Below are positions 8,525-17,869 of a stretch of DNA of 54,186 nt, one piece after another (the stretch's first letter is position 1; each line of letters starts with the position of its first letter). The translations under genes and the position numbers were made by a program. The notes beneath the pieces are model-generated. The model was not told the origin of the DNA. It ran no database searches and saw only the letters and a list, made by a program, of their open reading frames with translations. The DNA is from Desulfosporosinus sp. (lineage in GTDB: Bacteria; Bacillota; Desulfitobacteriia; Desulfitobacteriales; Desulfitobacteriaceae), in NCBI GenBank assembly GCA_050945735.1, contig JBMNTM010000001.1:1-54186 (forward strand), read 5' to 3'.

Positions 8525-10213
8525 ATGAAAAATGATCATGAATTTGGTCAGTTTTTACTTGCCAACAAGTACATTAATGCGAAGGAATTGGCAGGTGGCT
8601 TGAAAGTAATTCAGGAAAATGAAGAACCAATTAGTGAGGTTCTTGTGCGTATGGGTATATTATCCAAAGCGCGATTAACAGAAGCTATACGCAGATATTT
8701 GGGTATCCCTGAGATTTCTCTGAGTAAAGTGATTATTGATCCAGGGATTGCCGGGTTAATTCCCGAAGAAATGGCCCTTCGCTATACCCTTATTCCGTTT
8801 GAACGACGCTCAGGGGTTTTGCGAGTAGCCATGTTTGACCCCACTAATGAACGTGCCCTTCGGGATGTCCGGATGTTCACCGGGTTAGAGGTTGAGCCGG
8901 TCTTTGCCAAGGCAGAGGAAATTAATACTGCTATACGCCAGTGTTTAATCGTAGAACAATCGGTTGCCAGACTTGCCCATTTTGCCGATAGGACCATGGA
9001 GGAACAGGCGGTTTGGATAATTAAGCCCAGCGAGGTTGATTCTGATGAAGAGGATGCGCCTACAATCAAATTAATTCACTCTGTGTTGCACGAGGCGGTT
9101 CTTCAAGGGGTAAGCGATATTCATTGGGAACCCCGCAAAAGTGATTTTGTGGTACGCTATCGCATTGATGGTAAACTTTTTAGGAAGTACGTTCTTGCCG
9201 TCAATGCTACCCGCAGTATTGTTGCCTGTTTAAAAGTGATGGCCCAAATGGATGTTGCAGAACGCCGTATTCCACAGGATGGCCGTATGACCTTTGATAC
9301 CGGGCAGCGTCGTGTCGATATTCGGATGTCCTCAATGCCTACTGTTTTTGGTGAGAAAATCGTAGTGCGTATTCTCGATCCGGAAATGGCCCAGCGTCCG
9401 CTCAGTGACTTAGGTATGCGTTCAGAGGTTGAGTCAGGGGTTAAAGTTTTGTTAAAACGGGCCAGTGGTTTAATCTTGGTAGTCGGTCCAACTGGGAGCG
9501 GTAAATCAACTACTCTTTATGCCTTACTCAGGGAACTAAATGCCGAGGAGCAAAATATTATTTCGATCGAAGAACCGGTAGAATACCAACTTTCCGGGGT
9601 TAACCAGGTTCAAGTCAATCTTCCGGCCGGACTTAGTTTTGCGGTCGGCTTAAGGCATATTTTACGTCAAGATCCGGATGTAATTATGATCGGTGAAATC
9701 CGGGACGAAGAAACAGCCAGAATAGCCATCACAGCATCCCTCACCGGACATTTAGTTCTATCGACCCTCCATACCAATACTGCTGCAGAAGCTTTAGCGC
9801 GACTGATGGATATGGGAATAGAACCGTATCTTTTGGCTTCTGCTGTCAGCGGAGTTTTATCCCAACGTTTAGTGCGCCGCTTGTGTGAAAAATGTAAGAC
9901 AACATACCCCATTTCAGTGGCAGATCAAAGAGCGCTTCATTTACCGGCGGCTATTGACCTGCTTTATCGTCCTGTTGGATGCCCGGAATGTCTTGGAACC
10001 GGGTTTAAAGGTAGAATCGGGATACATGAGTTTTTAATATATAATCAAGAGATCAAGGAACTTGTCCTTTCTCGTCATAATTCCAGAGAGATTGAGCAAC
10101 AGGCGATGGTTTCAGGCATGCTCACAGTTTTTGAAGATGGCCTGTTGAAAGTGAGCCAAGGGTTAACAACAGTAGAAGAAGTACTGCAAGCTGTTTCAGG
10201 AATTGACGGCTAA
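8525..10213 (+). CDS. pilB: Type IV pilus assembly ATPase (PilB/GspE family)
   Basis: SDIHWEP, ERRIPQDG, GPTGSGKSTT, LRQDPD..GEIRD, TGHLVLSTLHTN, CEKC/CPEC Zn motif. Confidence 0.93.
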   Translation: MKNDHEFGQFLLANKYINAKELAGGLKVIQENEEPISEVLVRMGILSKARLTEAIRRYLGIPEISLSKVIIDPGIAGLIPEEMALRYTLIPFERRSGVLRVAMFDPTNERALRDVRMFTGLEVEPVFAKAEEINTAIRQCLIVEQSVARLAHFADRTMEEQAVWIIKPSEVDSDEEDAPTIKLIHSVLHEAVLQGVSDIHWEPRKSDFVVRYRIDGKLFRKYVLAVNATRSIVACLKVMAQMDVAERRIPQDGRMTFDTGQRRVDIRMSSMPTVFGEKIVVRILDPEMAQRPLSDLGMRSEVESGVKVLLKRASGLILVVGPTGSGKSTTLYALLRELNAEEQNIISIEEPVEYQLSGVNQVQVNLPAGLSFAVGLRHILRQDPDVIMIGEIRDEETARIAITASLTGHLVLSTLHTNTAAEALARLMDMGIEPYLLASAVSGVLSQRLVRRLCEKCKTTYPISVADQRALHLPAAIDLLYRPVGCPECLGTGFKGRIGIHEFLIYNQEIKELVLSRHNSREIEQQAMVSGMLTVFEDGLLKVSQGLTTVEEVLQAVSGIDG

Positions 10214-10227
10214 GAGGAGAAAAACAG

Positions 10228-11274
10228 ATGCTTTCACTTGAAGAACTATTACGTTATGCGGGAGAACAGAGGGCTTCGGATATTCATTTAACGGTGGAGA
10301 GTCCGCCTGTACTGCGTATTGATGGCTCAATAGTTAAACTTCAGATGGAAAAACTATCTCAGGCAGATTTAGAAACATTTACTCATTCCCTTATGGATAC
10401 TCAACAGTTCAAACGCTTTACTGATTGCGGCGAAATCGATCTAGCGTATAGTATACCGGGCATCGGACGATACCGGGTCAATGCTTTTCAACAGCGGGGC
10501 TCCACCTCATTTGTTATTCGTTCGATTTCATTTGTCATTCCTAGTCCGGAAAGCTTAGGGCTTCCACCAGCAATTATTGATTTAGCTAGCTTATCTAAAG
10601 GGCTTGTATTGGTTGTCGGTCCAAGTGGAAACGGCAAATCAACTACTCTGGCTTCCTTAATTGACTACATTAATCGCACCAGAGCTTGTCACATAGTAAC
10701 GATTGAAGATCCGATTGAATATTTACATGATCATAATTTAAGCTTAGTGAATCAGCGGGAAGTCGGAAGTGATACTCGTTCCTTTACATATGCGTTACGA
10801 TCAGTACTAAGGCAAGATCCGGATGTGATTTTAGTCGGAGAGATGCGGGATTTAGAAACGATTGCCACCACTGTGACCGCCGCTGAAACCGGGCACCTGG
10901 TTTTCAGTACCCTGCATACGAATGATGCAATTCAGTCGATAGATCGGATGATTGATGTTTTCCCGTCTCATCAACAGCAGCAAATTCGTGGGCAGCTTGC
11001 TAACGTTTTACAGGGAATAATTTCGCAACAGTTGTTACCCAGAGCGGATCATAAAGGGCGCGTGGCAGCCTTTGAGTTTCTCCTGGCGACATCCGCGGTG
11101 CGTAGCCTTATTCGTGAGGGAAAAACCTATCAACTGTCTACCGTTATCCAAACGAATGCTAAACTAGGTATGCAAACCATGGATAAAGCAATTATGGACT
11201 TAGTGCAAAAGGGTTTAATTACTGGTGAGATTGCTAAGGAAAAGTTAGAAAGTCAAGGAAGTTTCAGAAGATGA
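10228..11274 (+). CDS. pilT: Type IV pilus retraction ATPase
   Basis: ASDIHL, GPSGNGKSTT, NQREVG, LRQDPD..GEMRD, AAETGHLV, AVRSLIRE (AIRNLIRE-like), GMQT. Confidence 0.93.
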   Translation: MLSLEELLRYAGEQRASDIHLTVESPPVLRIDGSIVKLQMEKLSQADLETFTHSLMDTQQFKRFTDCGEIDLAYSIPGIGRYRVNAFQQRGSTSFVIRSISFVIPSPESLGLPPAIIDLASLSKGLVLVVGPSGNGKSTTLASLIDYINRTRACHIVTIEDPIEYLHDHNLSLVNQREVGSDTRSFTYALRSVLRQDPDVILVGEMRDLETIATTVTAAETGHLVFSTLHTNDAIQSIDRMIDVFPSHQQQQIRGQLANVLQGIISQQLLPRADHKGRVAAFEFLLATSAVRSLIREGKTYQLSTVIQTNAKLGMQTMDKAIMDLVQKGLITGEIAKEKLESQGSFRR

Positions 11275-12473
11275 GTAAGCAACGTTTTGCTTGGAAGGCC
11301 GTTGATAAGAACGGAATAACCCAACATGGAGTATGGGTTGGGGAAGAACTAGCTGAAGTCCAAACACGCTTAAGGAATGAAGGATACTTCCCAGTGGCTA
11401 TTCGAACGCGTTGTAATTGGAAAAGTATATTGTTACTGTCCGGCAAGAATTTCCAGTGGAACCATTTTACCCGCAGGTTAGCCACTTTATTGGAAGCCGG
11501 CATTCCCTTACTGCAAGCTTTGGAGCTAATGACTTTTCATGACGAGAAATTAACATTTCAAATGCAACAATGGAACAATATCAAGGAACGAGTGGAAGCA
11601 GGCAGTGATTTGTCGGAGGCAGTGTCTCTCCAAAATCTATCCCCTGACTCTTTTATACTTTCCATGATCAAAGTCGGGGAATATACTGGAACATTAGGAA
11701 AAGCCCTTAGTGAAGTAGCTGATGAGTTGGATCAGGAATATGCCTATCGGCAAAAAATAAAGGCTGTTTTGGCCTACCCGCTGCTTTTGATATTTGCCAT
11801 GTTTATTGTACTGTATGTACTCTCTGTTTGGGTACTCCCCACATATGAAGAACTCTTTATCAGCATGGATGCGGAATTACCTTTTTTGACGAAAGTCATT
11901 TTTGCCTGTGGTAATAAACTTCCCTTGATTTTATGGAGCGGACTTGGGTTAATGATCGGTTGCTTATTGGTTCAGAGACTCATCAGGCCGGATTATTGGA
12001 GCAAACGGCTATTGCATAAGTCAGGGAGACTTCCTTTTATTGGGAAGGTTTATCGTCTCCGTGATTTGGTTCAGTTCAGCCGGATGCTCAGTCGCTTATT
12101 AGTTGCTGGAATTCCTTTGTTGGAAGCACTGCACTTAACGGCAGAAGCAATGCGTGACTCTGAGATGCACGAATTAATAAAGCAGCTCGTGCAACATGTT
12201 CGACAGGGAAAAAGCATGGCTTCTTTATTACGTGCCAGCAGGATTTTTCCCAAGGAAGGTGCGGAAATGATTGCGTTGGCTGAGGAAGCAGGAAAGCTGG
12301 AAGAGATGCTTTGCTATATCACACAAATGTTTCGCCGTGAGCTTGATGATCAGCTCGCCCAGTTAAAGCATATGCTTGAACCGATGCTTATTCTCACTAT
12401 AGCGGGACTGATTGGTCTCATTGCAGCGGGTGTAATGCTTCCTGTGTTTGATTTAAGTTCACAGCTTAAATAG
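11271..12473 (+). CDS. pilC: Type IV pilus platform protein (PilC/GspF)
   Basis: FTRRLATLLEAGIPL, GEYTG, LAYP, duplicated T2SSF domain, LEP, three TM helices. Confidence 0.9.
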   Translation: MSKQRFAWKAVDKNGITQHGVWVGEELAEVQTRLRNEGYFPVAIRTRCNWKSILLLSGKNFQWNHFTRRLATLLEAGIPLLQALELMTFHDEKLTFQMQQWNNIKERVEAGSDLSEAVSLQNLSPDSFILSMIKVGEYTGTLGKALSEVADELDQEYAYRQKIKAVLAYPLLLIFAMFIVLYVLSVWVLPTYEELFISMDAELPFLTKVIFACGNKLPLILWSGLGLMIGCLLVQRLIRPDYWSKRLLHKSGRLPFIGKVYRLRDLVQFSRMLSRLLVAGIPLLEALHLTAEAMRDSEMHELIKQLVQHVRQGKSMASLLRASRIFPKEGAEMIALAEEAGKLEEMLCYITQMFRRELDDQLAQLKHMLEPMLILTIAGLIGLIAAGVMLPVFDLSSQLK

Positions 12474-12588
12474 CAGGGACCGCCTTGAAGTCAGAGGACA
12501 AAATAGAGGGAAGATGTTTGGGGTCAAAGAGGGTAAAAGGTCAGGGGTCAGAGTTCAGAGGTTAGCAGTAAAAAAACCGGTACTCAGG

Positions 12589-12649
12589 ATTTAGTAGCGA
12601 AGTTAATGGGTCATGAATTTAGTAGCGAAGTTAATGGGTTATGAATTTA
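12589..12649 (+). repeat. 28-bp tandem duplication upstream of the major pilin
   Basis: ATTTAGTAGCGAAGTTAATGGGT(C/T)ATGA x2 (one mismatch) plus a partial ATTTA. Confidence 0.9.
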
Positions 12650-12713
12650 AAATAAGGATAGCTATACGAAGATTTTAGATGAGAAGGTTGTCAAAAAACC
12701 AGGAGGAATCGGG

Positions 12714-13199
12714 ATGAATAAGATCAAGCGGGACAACGGATTTACCCTGATTGAAGTGCTTGCAGTGATTATTATTATAGGTGTCTTGGGCGCGATAGCA
12801 ATTCCTAAACTAATGTTAAGTACAACAACTGCCCGGCAAAATGCAGATATTGCAACTGCACGTCAGGTTAAGGTAGCCTTGGATCGTTATCAGTTGGAAA
12901 ATGGGGTGTATCCGAAAAAAACAGAACTTAATGCTGTTGGCGGAGCGGTAACATGTGCGAGTCTCATTCCCAAATACATTAGCAAATTAGATGCATCAAC
13001 TACCCAGCAGGCTGTGCCAGATGATGTTAAGGGATTTGATGTCGCAGAGTTAAATGTGGATGCTGATGCTCCCACGGAATTTATTATCCCGGACGCTAAG
13101 ACGCGTACGATCATGATTTACCTGTCTAATAATGGTTTGGCAGCTGAAGTTCGGGCGTATGATCAAGATTTTAATATTCTCTGGACCTCCGCTAATTAG
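12714..13199 (+). CDS. Probable major type IV pilin
   Basis: Canonical NG|FTLIEVLAVIIIIGVLGAIAIP; ALDRY..ENG.YP; strong AGGAGG RBS; separate intergenic region upstream. Confidence 0.85.
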   Translation: MNKIKRDNGFTLIEVLAVIIIIGVLGAIAIPKLMLSTTTARQNADIATARQVKVALDRYQLENGVYPKKTELNAVGGAVTCASLIPKYISKLDASTTQQAVPDDVKGFDVAELNVDADAPTEFIIPDAKTRTIMIYLSNNGLAAEVRAYDQDFNILWTSAN

Positions 13200-13283
13200 C
13201 CATATTGAATAATCTTTAACCTAAACATATTAATCTTTACCTTTACAGCGCAGAGAGAAAAACCAAAAAAAGGAGACACTTCA

Positions 13284-14042
13284 TTGTATATCATCAGTAT
13301 AGCAAGTGGGCTTTTCGGACTCCTAATTGGCAGTTTTCTGAATGTGATCATCTACCGTGTTCCGCGCGGCGAATCTATAGTGTTACCTGGTTCACATTGT
13401 CCTATTTGCGGACAAGCCCTGCGGGCCTGGGAACTCATCCCGCTAATTAGCTTTCTGATACAGAAAGGAAAGTGTCGTAGCTGTCAAGCCCGGATCTCAT
13501 GGCGTTATCCGGCGGTTGAACTTCTTACGGGGATTCTCTTCTTTCTTATTACAATGTCAAGTTTGAGTACAGAAACCCACCCGGCCAGATTAATCCTCAA
13601 TTTGGTTTTTGTCGCCGGGCTTATTGCTTTATCTTTTATAGATCTGGATACGTTTCGTTTACCGGATGTCCTAACTTTCTTTCTTATGGGCATTGGATTA
13701 CTAGGGGCTTTTCTCATACCGGGAAATCCGGGCGGCTGGGAAAGCACGCTTAGTGCTTTGGGTGCAGGCGGCTTCTTTTGGTGTATTAACCGGGTGTATC
13801 CGCAAGGAATGGGCCTAGGGGATGTAAAGCTGGTTGCCGCCTTAGGTGCTTTCTTAGGGTTTCCCTCGATCTTTCTGGTTGTTTTTATCTCAAGCTTTGT
13901 GGGATTAATTGTTAGTACTTTTCTCCTCTTTACAAGGCGGCAAAAAAGTTTTCGTCAGCAGATTCCCTTTGGCCCCTATCTTGTTTTTGGAGCAGTTTTC
14001 ACTTTATTGTGGGGGAGACAGGTTATTTTCTATTGGTATTAA
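13284..14042 (+). CDS. pilD: Prepilin peptidase/N-methyltransferase (A24)
   Basis: GSFLNVIIYRVP, SHCPIC..CRSC, FIDLD, GMGLGDVKL, IPFGPYL. Confidence 0.95.
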   Translation: MYIISIASGLFGLLIGSFLNVIIYRVPRGESIVLPGSHCPICGQALRAWELIPLISFLIQKGKCRSCQARISWRYPAVELLTGILFFLITMSSLSTETHPARLILNLVFVAGLIALSFIDLDTFRLPDVLTFFLMGIGLLGAFLIPGNPGGWESTLSALGAGGFFWCINRVYPQGMGLGDVKLVAALGAFLGFPSIFLVVFISSFVGLIVSTFLLFTRRQKSFRQQIPFGPYLVFGAVFTLLWGRQVIFYWY

Positions 14043-14129
14043 AACTATATTGATGCTTTCGATATTTCCGCGCCGCATCACAAATTTCAACTCATGATAC
14101 GAGCTGCGAAAGGTTATTTGAAATAACCA

Positions 14130-14191
14130 ACCACGAGTAGCGAGCTGCGAGTAGTGAACCACGATAGCGAACCACGAATTGCAAACCACGA
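14130..14191 (+). repeat. Degenerate heptamer tandem array
   Basis: ACCACGA GTAGCGA GCTGCGA GTAGTGA ACCACGA TAGCGA ACCACGA ATTGCAA ACCACGA, ending next to the AGGAGG RBS. Confidence 0.8.
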
Positions 14192-14204
14192 TTAGGAGGT
14201 ACTT

Positions 14205-15647
14205 ATGCGAAAAAGGTCAGTGGTCTTTGAATTGTCTGATCGGGAAATTCGGGCTTTTTGGTTATCGGTCCATCCTTTTAGAAAGCAGGTTTTAAGTTCT
14301 CATGCAGTCAAGTTTGAGCGTATATCAATCCCGATTGGGGTGATCGAACAGGGAAATGTGCAGAATGAAAAAGTATTAACTGATTTATTATCATCATACA
14401 GGACACAAAATTCTGGTGTTAATCCAAAGGCATATTTGGCAATCTCTTTGCAGCAAGGATTTATTCGTTCGTATACTTTACCTTGGATTGCTAAGCGGGA
14501 CAGAAAGTCGGCAATCTCTTTGTTGGTTGATGAAGAGAGTGCCATTGAGCGGTCTGATTTACTTTATGATTTCCTTGTCCTAACGGAAGAAAAGTATAAA
14601 AACCTCCAGATTTTACTTGGTGCAACACGAAAAAGTATACTTGAACGCTATGTTTTTATCCTGGGACAAGCAGGGTTTAAGGTAAGCGGCGTTGATTTTG
14701 CCTTTTCAATTTTAGGGCATTCCTTAGGATTTGAAACGCATGAAGATGTACTTTATCTGCGCGGTGAGTCCCACTCCCTTCAAATTGCCCTCTTTTGTGG
14801 AGCGGTCCCGGTTAGTGTACGCTCATTGAGCGAGCGGGCGGAAGAGTGGGAAAGCGAGATTCGTAGATTTCTTTTGTATTACAAAACACAGCACTCAGCT
14901 CTTAATTTGAAACGTTTGGTTTGGAGTGGGGATTGTAGGGCAGAGTCCCTGGCACAGGGATTACAGAAGACAAATTCTATTAGAGTGGTAGAGCAAGCTG
15001 GGCTTAGGAATATTCCTAATTCGTGGCAGAAGCACCTGGAGGGAAAGATGGCGTGTGGGGAAGCGGTAGTTGGCTATGGATTGCGGCTTTCCGTACATGG
15101 ACAGGGGCTTAATCTTTGGCGTGAACCGGATACTACGCAGACAGTGCAAAGAAGGTGCCAGGGGATAGCGTTGTTCACAGGCGCTCTTTTTTTTCTTGGC
15201 ACTATAATTTGGTTTTTGCTTTATCAAATGGCTTTGCCTTTAGAACAAGAGGTTGCACAGTTTTCTTGCCAAGGTACCAGAATTGAGGAACAGGTCAAAC
15301 TTCAGAAAGAACTTGAAGCAGCTTGGAACAAATCAAAGATTCACGCTGATGGAATCGGAGATGGCCTGGTTCAAATTCAAGCTATACAAACTTTAATAGG
15401 GACAGAGTTGAAGATAGAGCAGGTGATTTACAAACAGGGCAGTATGTCCTTACGCGGAAATGCAAAAGATGCCGGAAATGTGCAAACCCTGATTGATACC
15501 CTGCGGACCATGGGTTGGGAACAACCTGCTTTAACAAGTTATAAATTTTCGTCACAAAATAATGTTGAGTTTTCTTTAAGTACTAAAGGCAGAAAAGTTG
15601 GAACGAAAATAATGGATGTACTTGAGAATACGTACAATAATATGTAG
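14205..15647 (+). CDS. PilM-like/PilN-like alignment protein (apparent fusion)
   Basis: N-terminal actin-like PilM pattern (VVFELSDREIR, IPIGVIEQG, YDF, ILLGATRK, AGFKV..VD), then GLNLW, one TM and a PilN-like C-terminus (LRGNA..VQTLIDTL..FSL). Confidence 0.65.
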   Translation: MRKRSVVFELSDREIRAFWLSVHPFRKQVLSSHAVKFERISIPIGVIEQGNVQNEKVLTDLLSSYRTQNSGVNPKAYLAISLQQGFIRSYTLPWIAKRDRKSAISLLVDEESAIERSDLLYDFLVLTEEKYKNLQILLGATRKSILERYVFILGQAGFKVSGVDFAFSILGHSLGFETHEDVLYLRGESHSLQIALFCGAVPVSVRSLSERAEEWESEIRRFLLYYKTQHSALNLKRLVWSGDCRAESLAQGLQKTNSIRVVEQAGLRNIPNSWQKHLEGKMACGEAVVGYGLRLSVHGQGLNLWREPDTTQTVQRRCQGIALFTGALFFLGTIIWFLLYQMALPLEQEVAQFSCQGTRIEEQVKLQKELEAAWNKSKIHADGIGDGLVQIQAIQTLIGTELKIEQVIYKQGSMSLRGNAKDAGNVQTLIDTLRTMGWEQPALTSYKFSSQNNVEFSLSTKGRKVGTKIMDVLENTYNNM

Positions 15648-15685
15648 GCTCACATTGTTATTTTCTTTGGGGAGGGTGGATAACC

Positions 15686-16273
15686 GTGGCATATTCCCCC
15701 AGTGAATTTAATAATAAACACTTTTTGGAACCTTTAGCTATCACTATATTTCAACGTGTTACGTTGCGCAGTTTGAAGGGAGTCATTGTAGGTATATTGC
15801 TCTGTACCATCTTAGGATTTCACTTGCTCTGGCAACCGGCCTACTTTAAACTGCAGGCATTACAACAGGAGAAAACTTATTGGCAAAACGTCTTAAAGAC
15901 AGAAGTTATAAATACTAATCTGGATCCGAAGGCCATTTCAATTCCTACTATGGACCAGTTACCATACCTGATCGAACAGTGTCAGGGCGTGTTTATGAAA
16001 AAGGGTGTGGATGTAGTTAGCTTAAATGTTGAAAGGTTTGGTGAGTGGCAGGAAACCGGCAAAGGGGCAAGCTTGGATTATAGCTTAGTGCGTATGCATT
16101 TTCTTGGCGACTGGAAGGATATTGTCGCGTCACTTAAAGCACTTGAGGAAACCCAGGAAGGCAACATTCATCTTCAAGAAGTGGTTTTAAATGCAAAAGG
16201 CGGAGAAGCACTTGTGCAAATTAATTTTTGTACAGGGGGTAAAATAACTGCGCAAGTAATTGAAAAGGACTAA
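15686..16273 (+). CDS. PilO-like membrane protein
   Basis: Single TM, short coiled coil, IPT..QLP..L, MHFLGDWKDIVASLKALE resembles PilO/GspM; position after PilMN. Confidence 0.55.
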   Translation: MAYSPSEFNNKHFLEPLAITIFQRVTLRSLKGVIVGILLCTILGFHLLWQPAYFKLQALQQEKTYWQNVLKTEVINTNLDPKAISIPTMDQLPYLIEQCQGVFMKKGVDVVSLNVERFGEWQETGKGASLDYSLVRMHFLGDWKDIVASLKALEETQEGNIHLQEVVLNAKGGEALVQINFCTGGKITAQVIEKD

Positions 16274-16414
16274 CTTCAGGTGTTTGACCACAAAACAACG
16301 ACATAGCGGCCAAATATTCTCGTTTTCTGCCACTAGACATATGAATTAGATAATAACAGTAAATTGAAGCAATAACCTGATAATTGAAATCCATGAATAA
16401 AAAATAATTCCAAT

Positions 16415-16431
16415 GGTCAGAGAAGGTCAAA
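16415..16431 (+). promoter_or_regulatory. CtsR box 1
   Basis: GGTCAGA-GAA-GGTCAAA heptad direct repeat. Confidence 0.75.
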
Positions 16432-16439
16432 TTTGAAAC

Positions 16440-16468
16440 TTGTAACTTTTTCTGACATAGGTTATAAA
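16440..16468 (+). promoter_or_regulatory. Putative sigma-A promoter for hsp20
   Basis: TTGTAA-N17-TATAAA between the two CtsR boxes. Confidence 0.5.
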
Positions 16469-16477
16469 TATATTAAA

Positions 16478-16494
16478 GGTCAAAGATGGTCAGA
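16478..16494 (+). promoter_or_regulatory. CtsR box 2
   Basis: GGTCAAA-GAT-GGTCAGA heptad direct repeat. Confidence 0.75.
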
Positions 16495-16596
16495 TAATAT
16501 ATACGGGGGTGTTGTCTATGCTTAAAAATTTGCTAAGTAGAACTTGATAATACTGAAGTGGAGTTGGACAAATATAACATTCGGAGGTGTTTGTTA

Positions 16597-17049
16597 ATGT
16601 TTAATATAGTACCATTTGTCAGAAGGAACTCAGGAATTCAAAAGTACAACGATTTATTTGATATCGATAACATTTTTGAAGGATTCTTCAATGATCGATT
16701 TTTTCCTACCCTATACAAGAACAGTGCTCAAATGAAGGTCGATGTAAAGGAAAATGAAAATGATTATCTCCTGGAGGCCGAACTTCCGGGGATTAAGAAA
16801 GAAGAAGTTAATCTTCAAATTGATGATGATAGGCTGACAATATCCGTCGAGAAAAATGAGCAAGTGGAAGAGGAAAAAGACAACTATATTCGCAGAGAGA
16901 GAAGTTATAGCTCCATGACGAGAACATTTGCCATAGATAATGTAGACACAGACAAGGTAAGTGCAAAATATGAAGATGGTATCCTTACTGTCACGCTGCC
17001 TAAGAAACTGAAAAAAGCCATTGAGGGAAAACGAATTGAAATAAAGTAA
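16597..17049 (+). CDS. Small heat shock protein, Hsp20/alpha-crystallin family (clostridial Hsp18-like)
   Basis: MKVDVKE, AELPGIKKEE, ERSY, AKYEDGILTVTLPK; ATG 16597 after GGAGG. Confidence 0.95.
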   Translation: MFNIVPFVRRNSGIQKYNDLFDIDNIFEGFFNDRFFPTLYKNSAQMKVDVKENENDYLLEAELPGIKKEEVNLQIDDDRLTISVEKNEQVEEEKDNYIRRERSYSSMTRTFAIDNVDTDKVSAKYEDGILTVTLPKKLKKAIEGKRIEIK

Positions 17050-17101
17050 ACTTATAAAAAGCATCAGTTTAGGGTATTCTCAAATAGCAATTACAATGCC
17101 T

Positions 17102-17142
17102 AAAAAAATCGGCAGTCGTTATTTGCGACTATGCCGATTTTT
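17102..17142. terminator. Intrinsic terminator after hsp20
   Basis: AAAAAATCGGCA-GTCG...CGAC-TA-TGCCGATTTTTT. Confidence 0.75.
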
Positions 17143-17298
17143 TGCGCAATTTTTCGCATGCAGTTAGAGAAAAACCAAATCCGCTGTAATCTGCAATCTT
17201 GAAAAAAGGGATCAAACATTTCTACGCGACCTTTTTGCCGTGAGGAACGGGTCATGCTCCTATTTCCATACGCTATGGGGAGGAGGGAATATGTGGTT

Positions 17299-17859
17299 AT
17301 GGAATACTGCATTCAACCCGGGGATTCTTTTTATAACTTAGCCCAACGCTGGGGAGGCACCTGCGACGATTTCCTGCGCGCTAATCCCTATGTTGATCCA
17401 CTAAAACTGCAAATCGGCCAAAAAATTGTTTTGCCGGAACTTAAATCGCTTAAAGGGCAGGAACAGTATGCCGAGATCAGTACGGAGCAAGGACAACAGT
17501 TTGCGGGTGATTATCTTGATAATGTTGAAATGGAAGTCGAGGGAGTTCGTTTCCGTCTGCGGCGCATCGGTGAACCAAAAGTTCCTCACGAGGTTCACTT
17601 TATTCTGCCGCGTACCGAGATTCGAAAAATTCAACCAGCCGGGGAAGGCGGGCCGTGTGAAGTGCAAATTATGCTCAGTAATTTAAATGTAATTCTCTCC
17701 CCTCGGTTAATGAGCGGACAAATAGAACAGCCGCAACTCATGGCATCTCCTCAATATGATCAGAGGGAAGAGCAACCGGCATTGGAACAGTCGCGAGAGT
17801 TTGCGCCGGCAGAGGAACAACCACGCTGGCGTATGTCGTTTCCATTGAAAAAGCATTAG
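17299..17859 (+). CDS. LysM domain protein, possibly spore coat/cortex associated
   Basis: N-terminal LysM (YCIQPGDSFYNLAQRWG..RANP..DPLKLQIGQKIVLP); ATG after GGAGGAGG; CATACGCT mother-cell-type -10 at 17267-17274. Confidence 0.8.
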   Translation: MEYCIQPGDSFYNLAQRWGGTCDDFLRANPYVDPLKLQIGQKIVLPELKSLKGQEQYAEISTEQGQQFAGDYLDNVEMEVEGVRFRLRRIGEPKVPHEVHFILPRTEIRKIQPAGEGGPCEVQIMLSNLNVILSPRLMSGQIEQPQLMASPQYDQREEQPALEQSREFAPAEEQPRWRMSFPLKKH

Positions 17860-17869
17860 GAACGAGAAA

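Noticed and set aside
12589-12649. Mini CRISPR array, also considered for 32381-32440
   Set aside because: Repeats are directly adjacent with no spacers, only two copies, and no cas genes nearby
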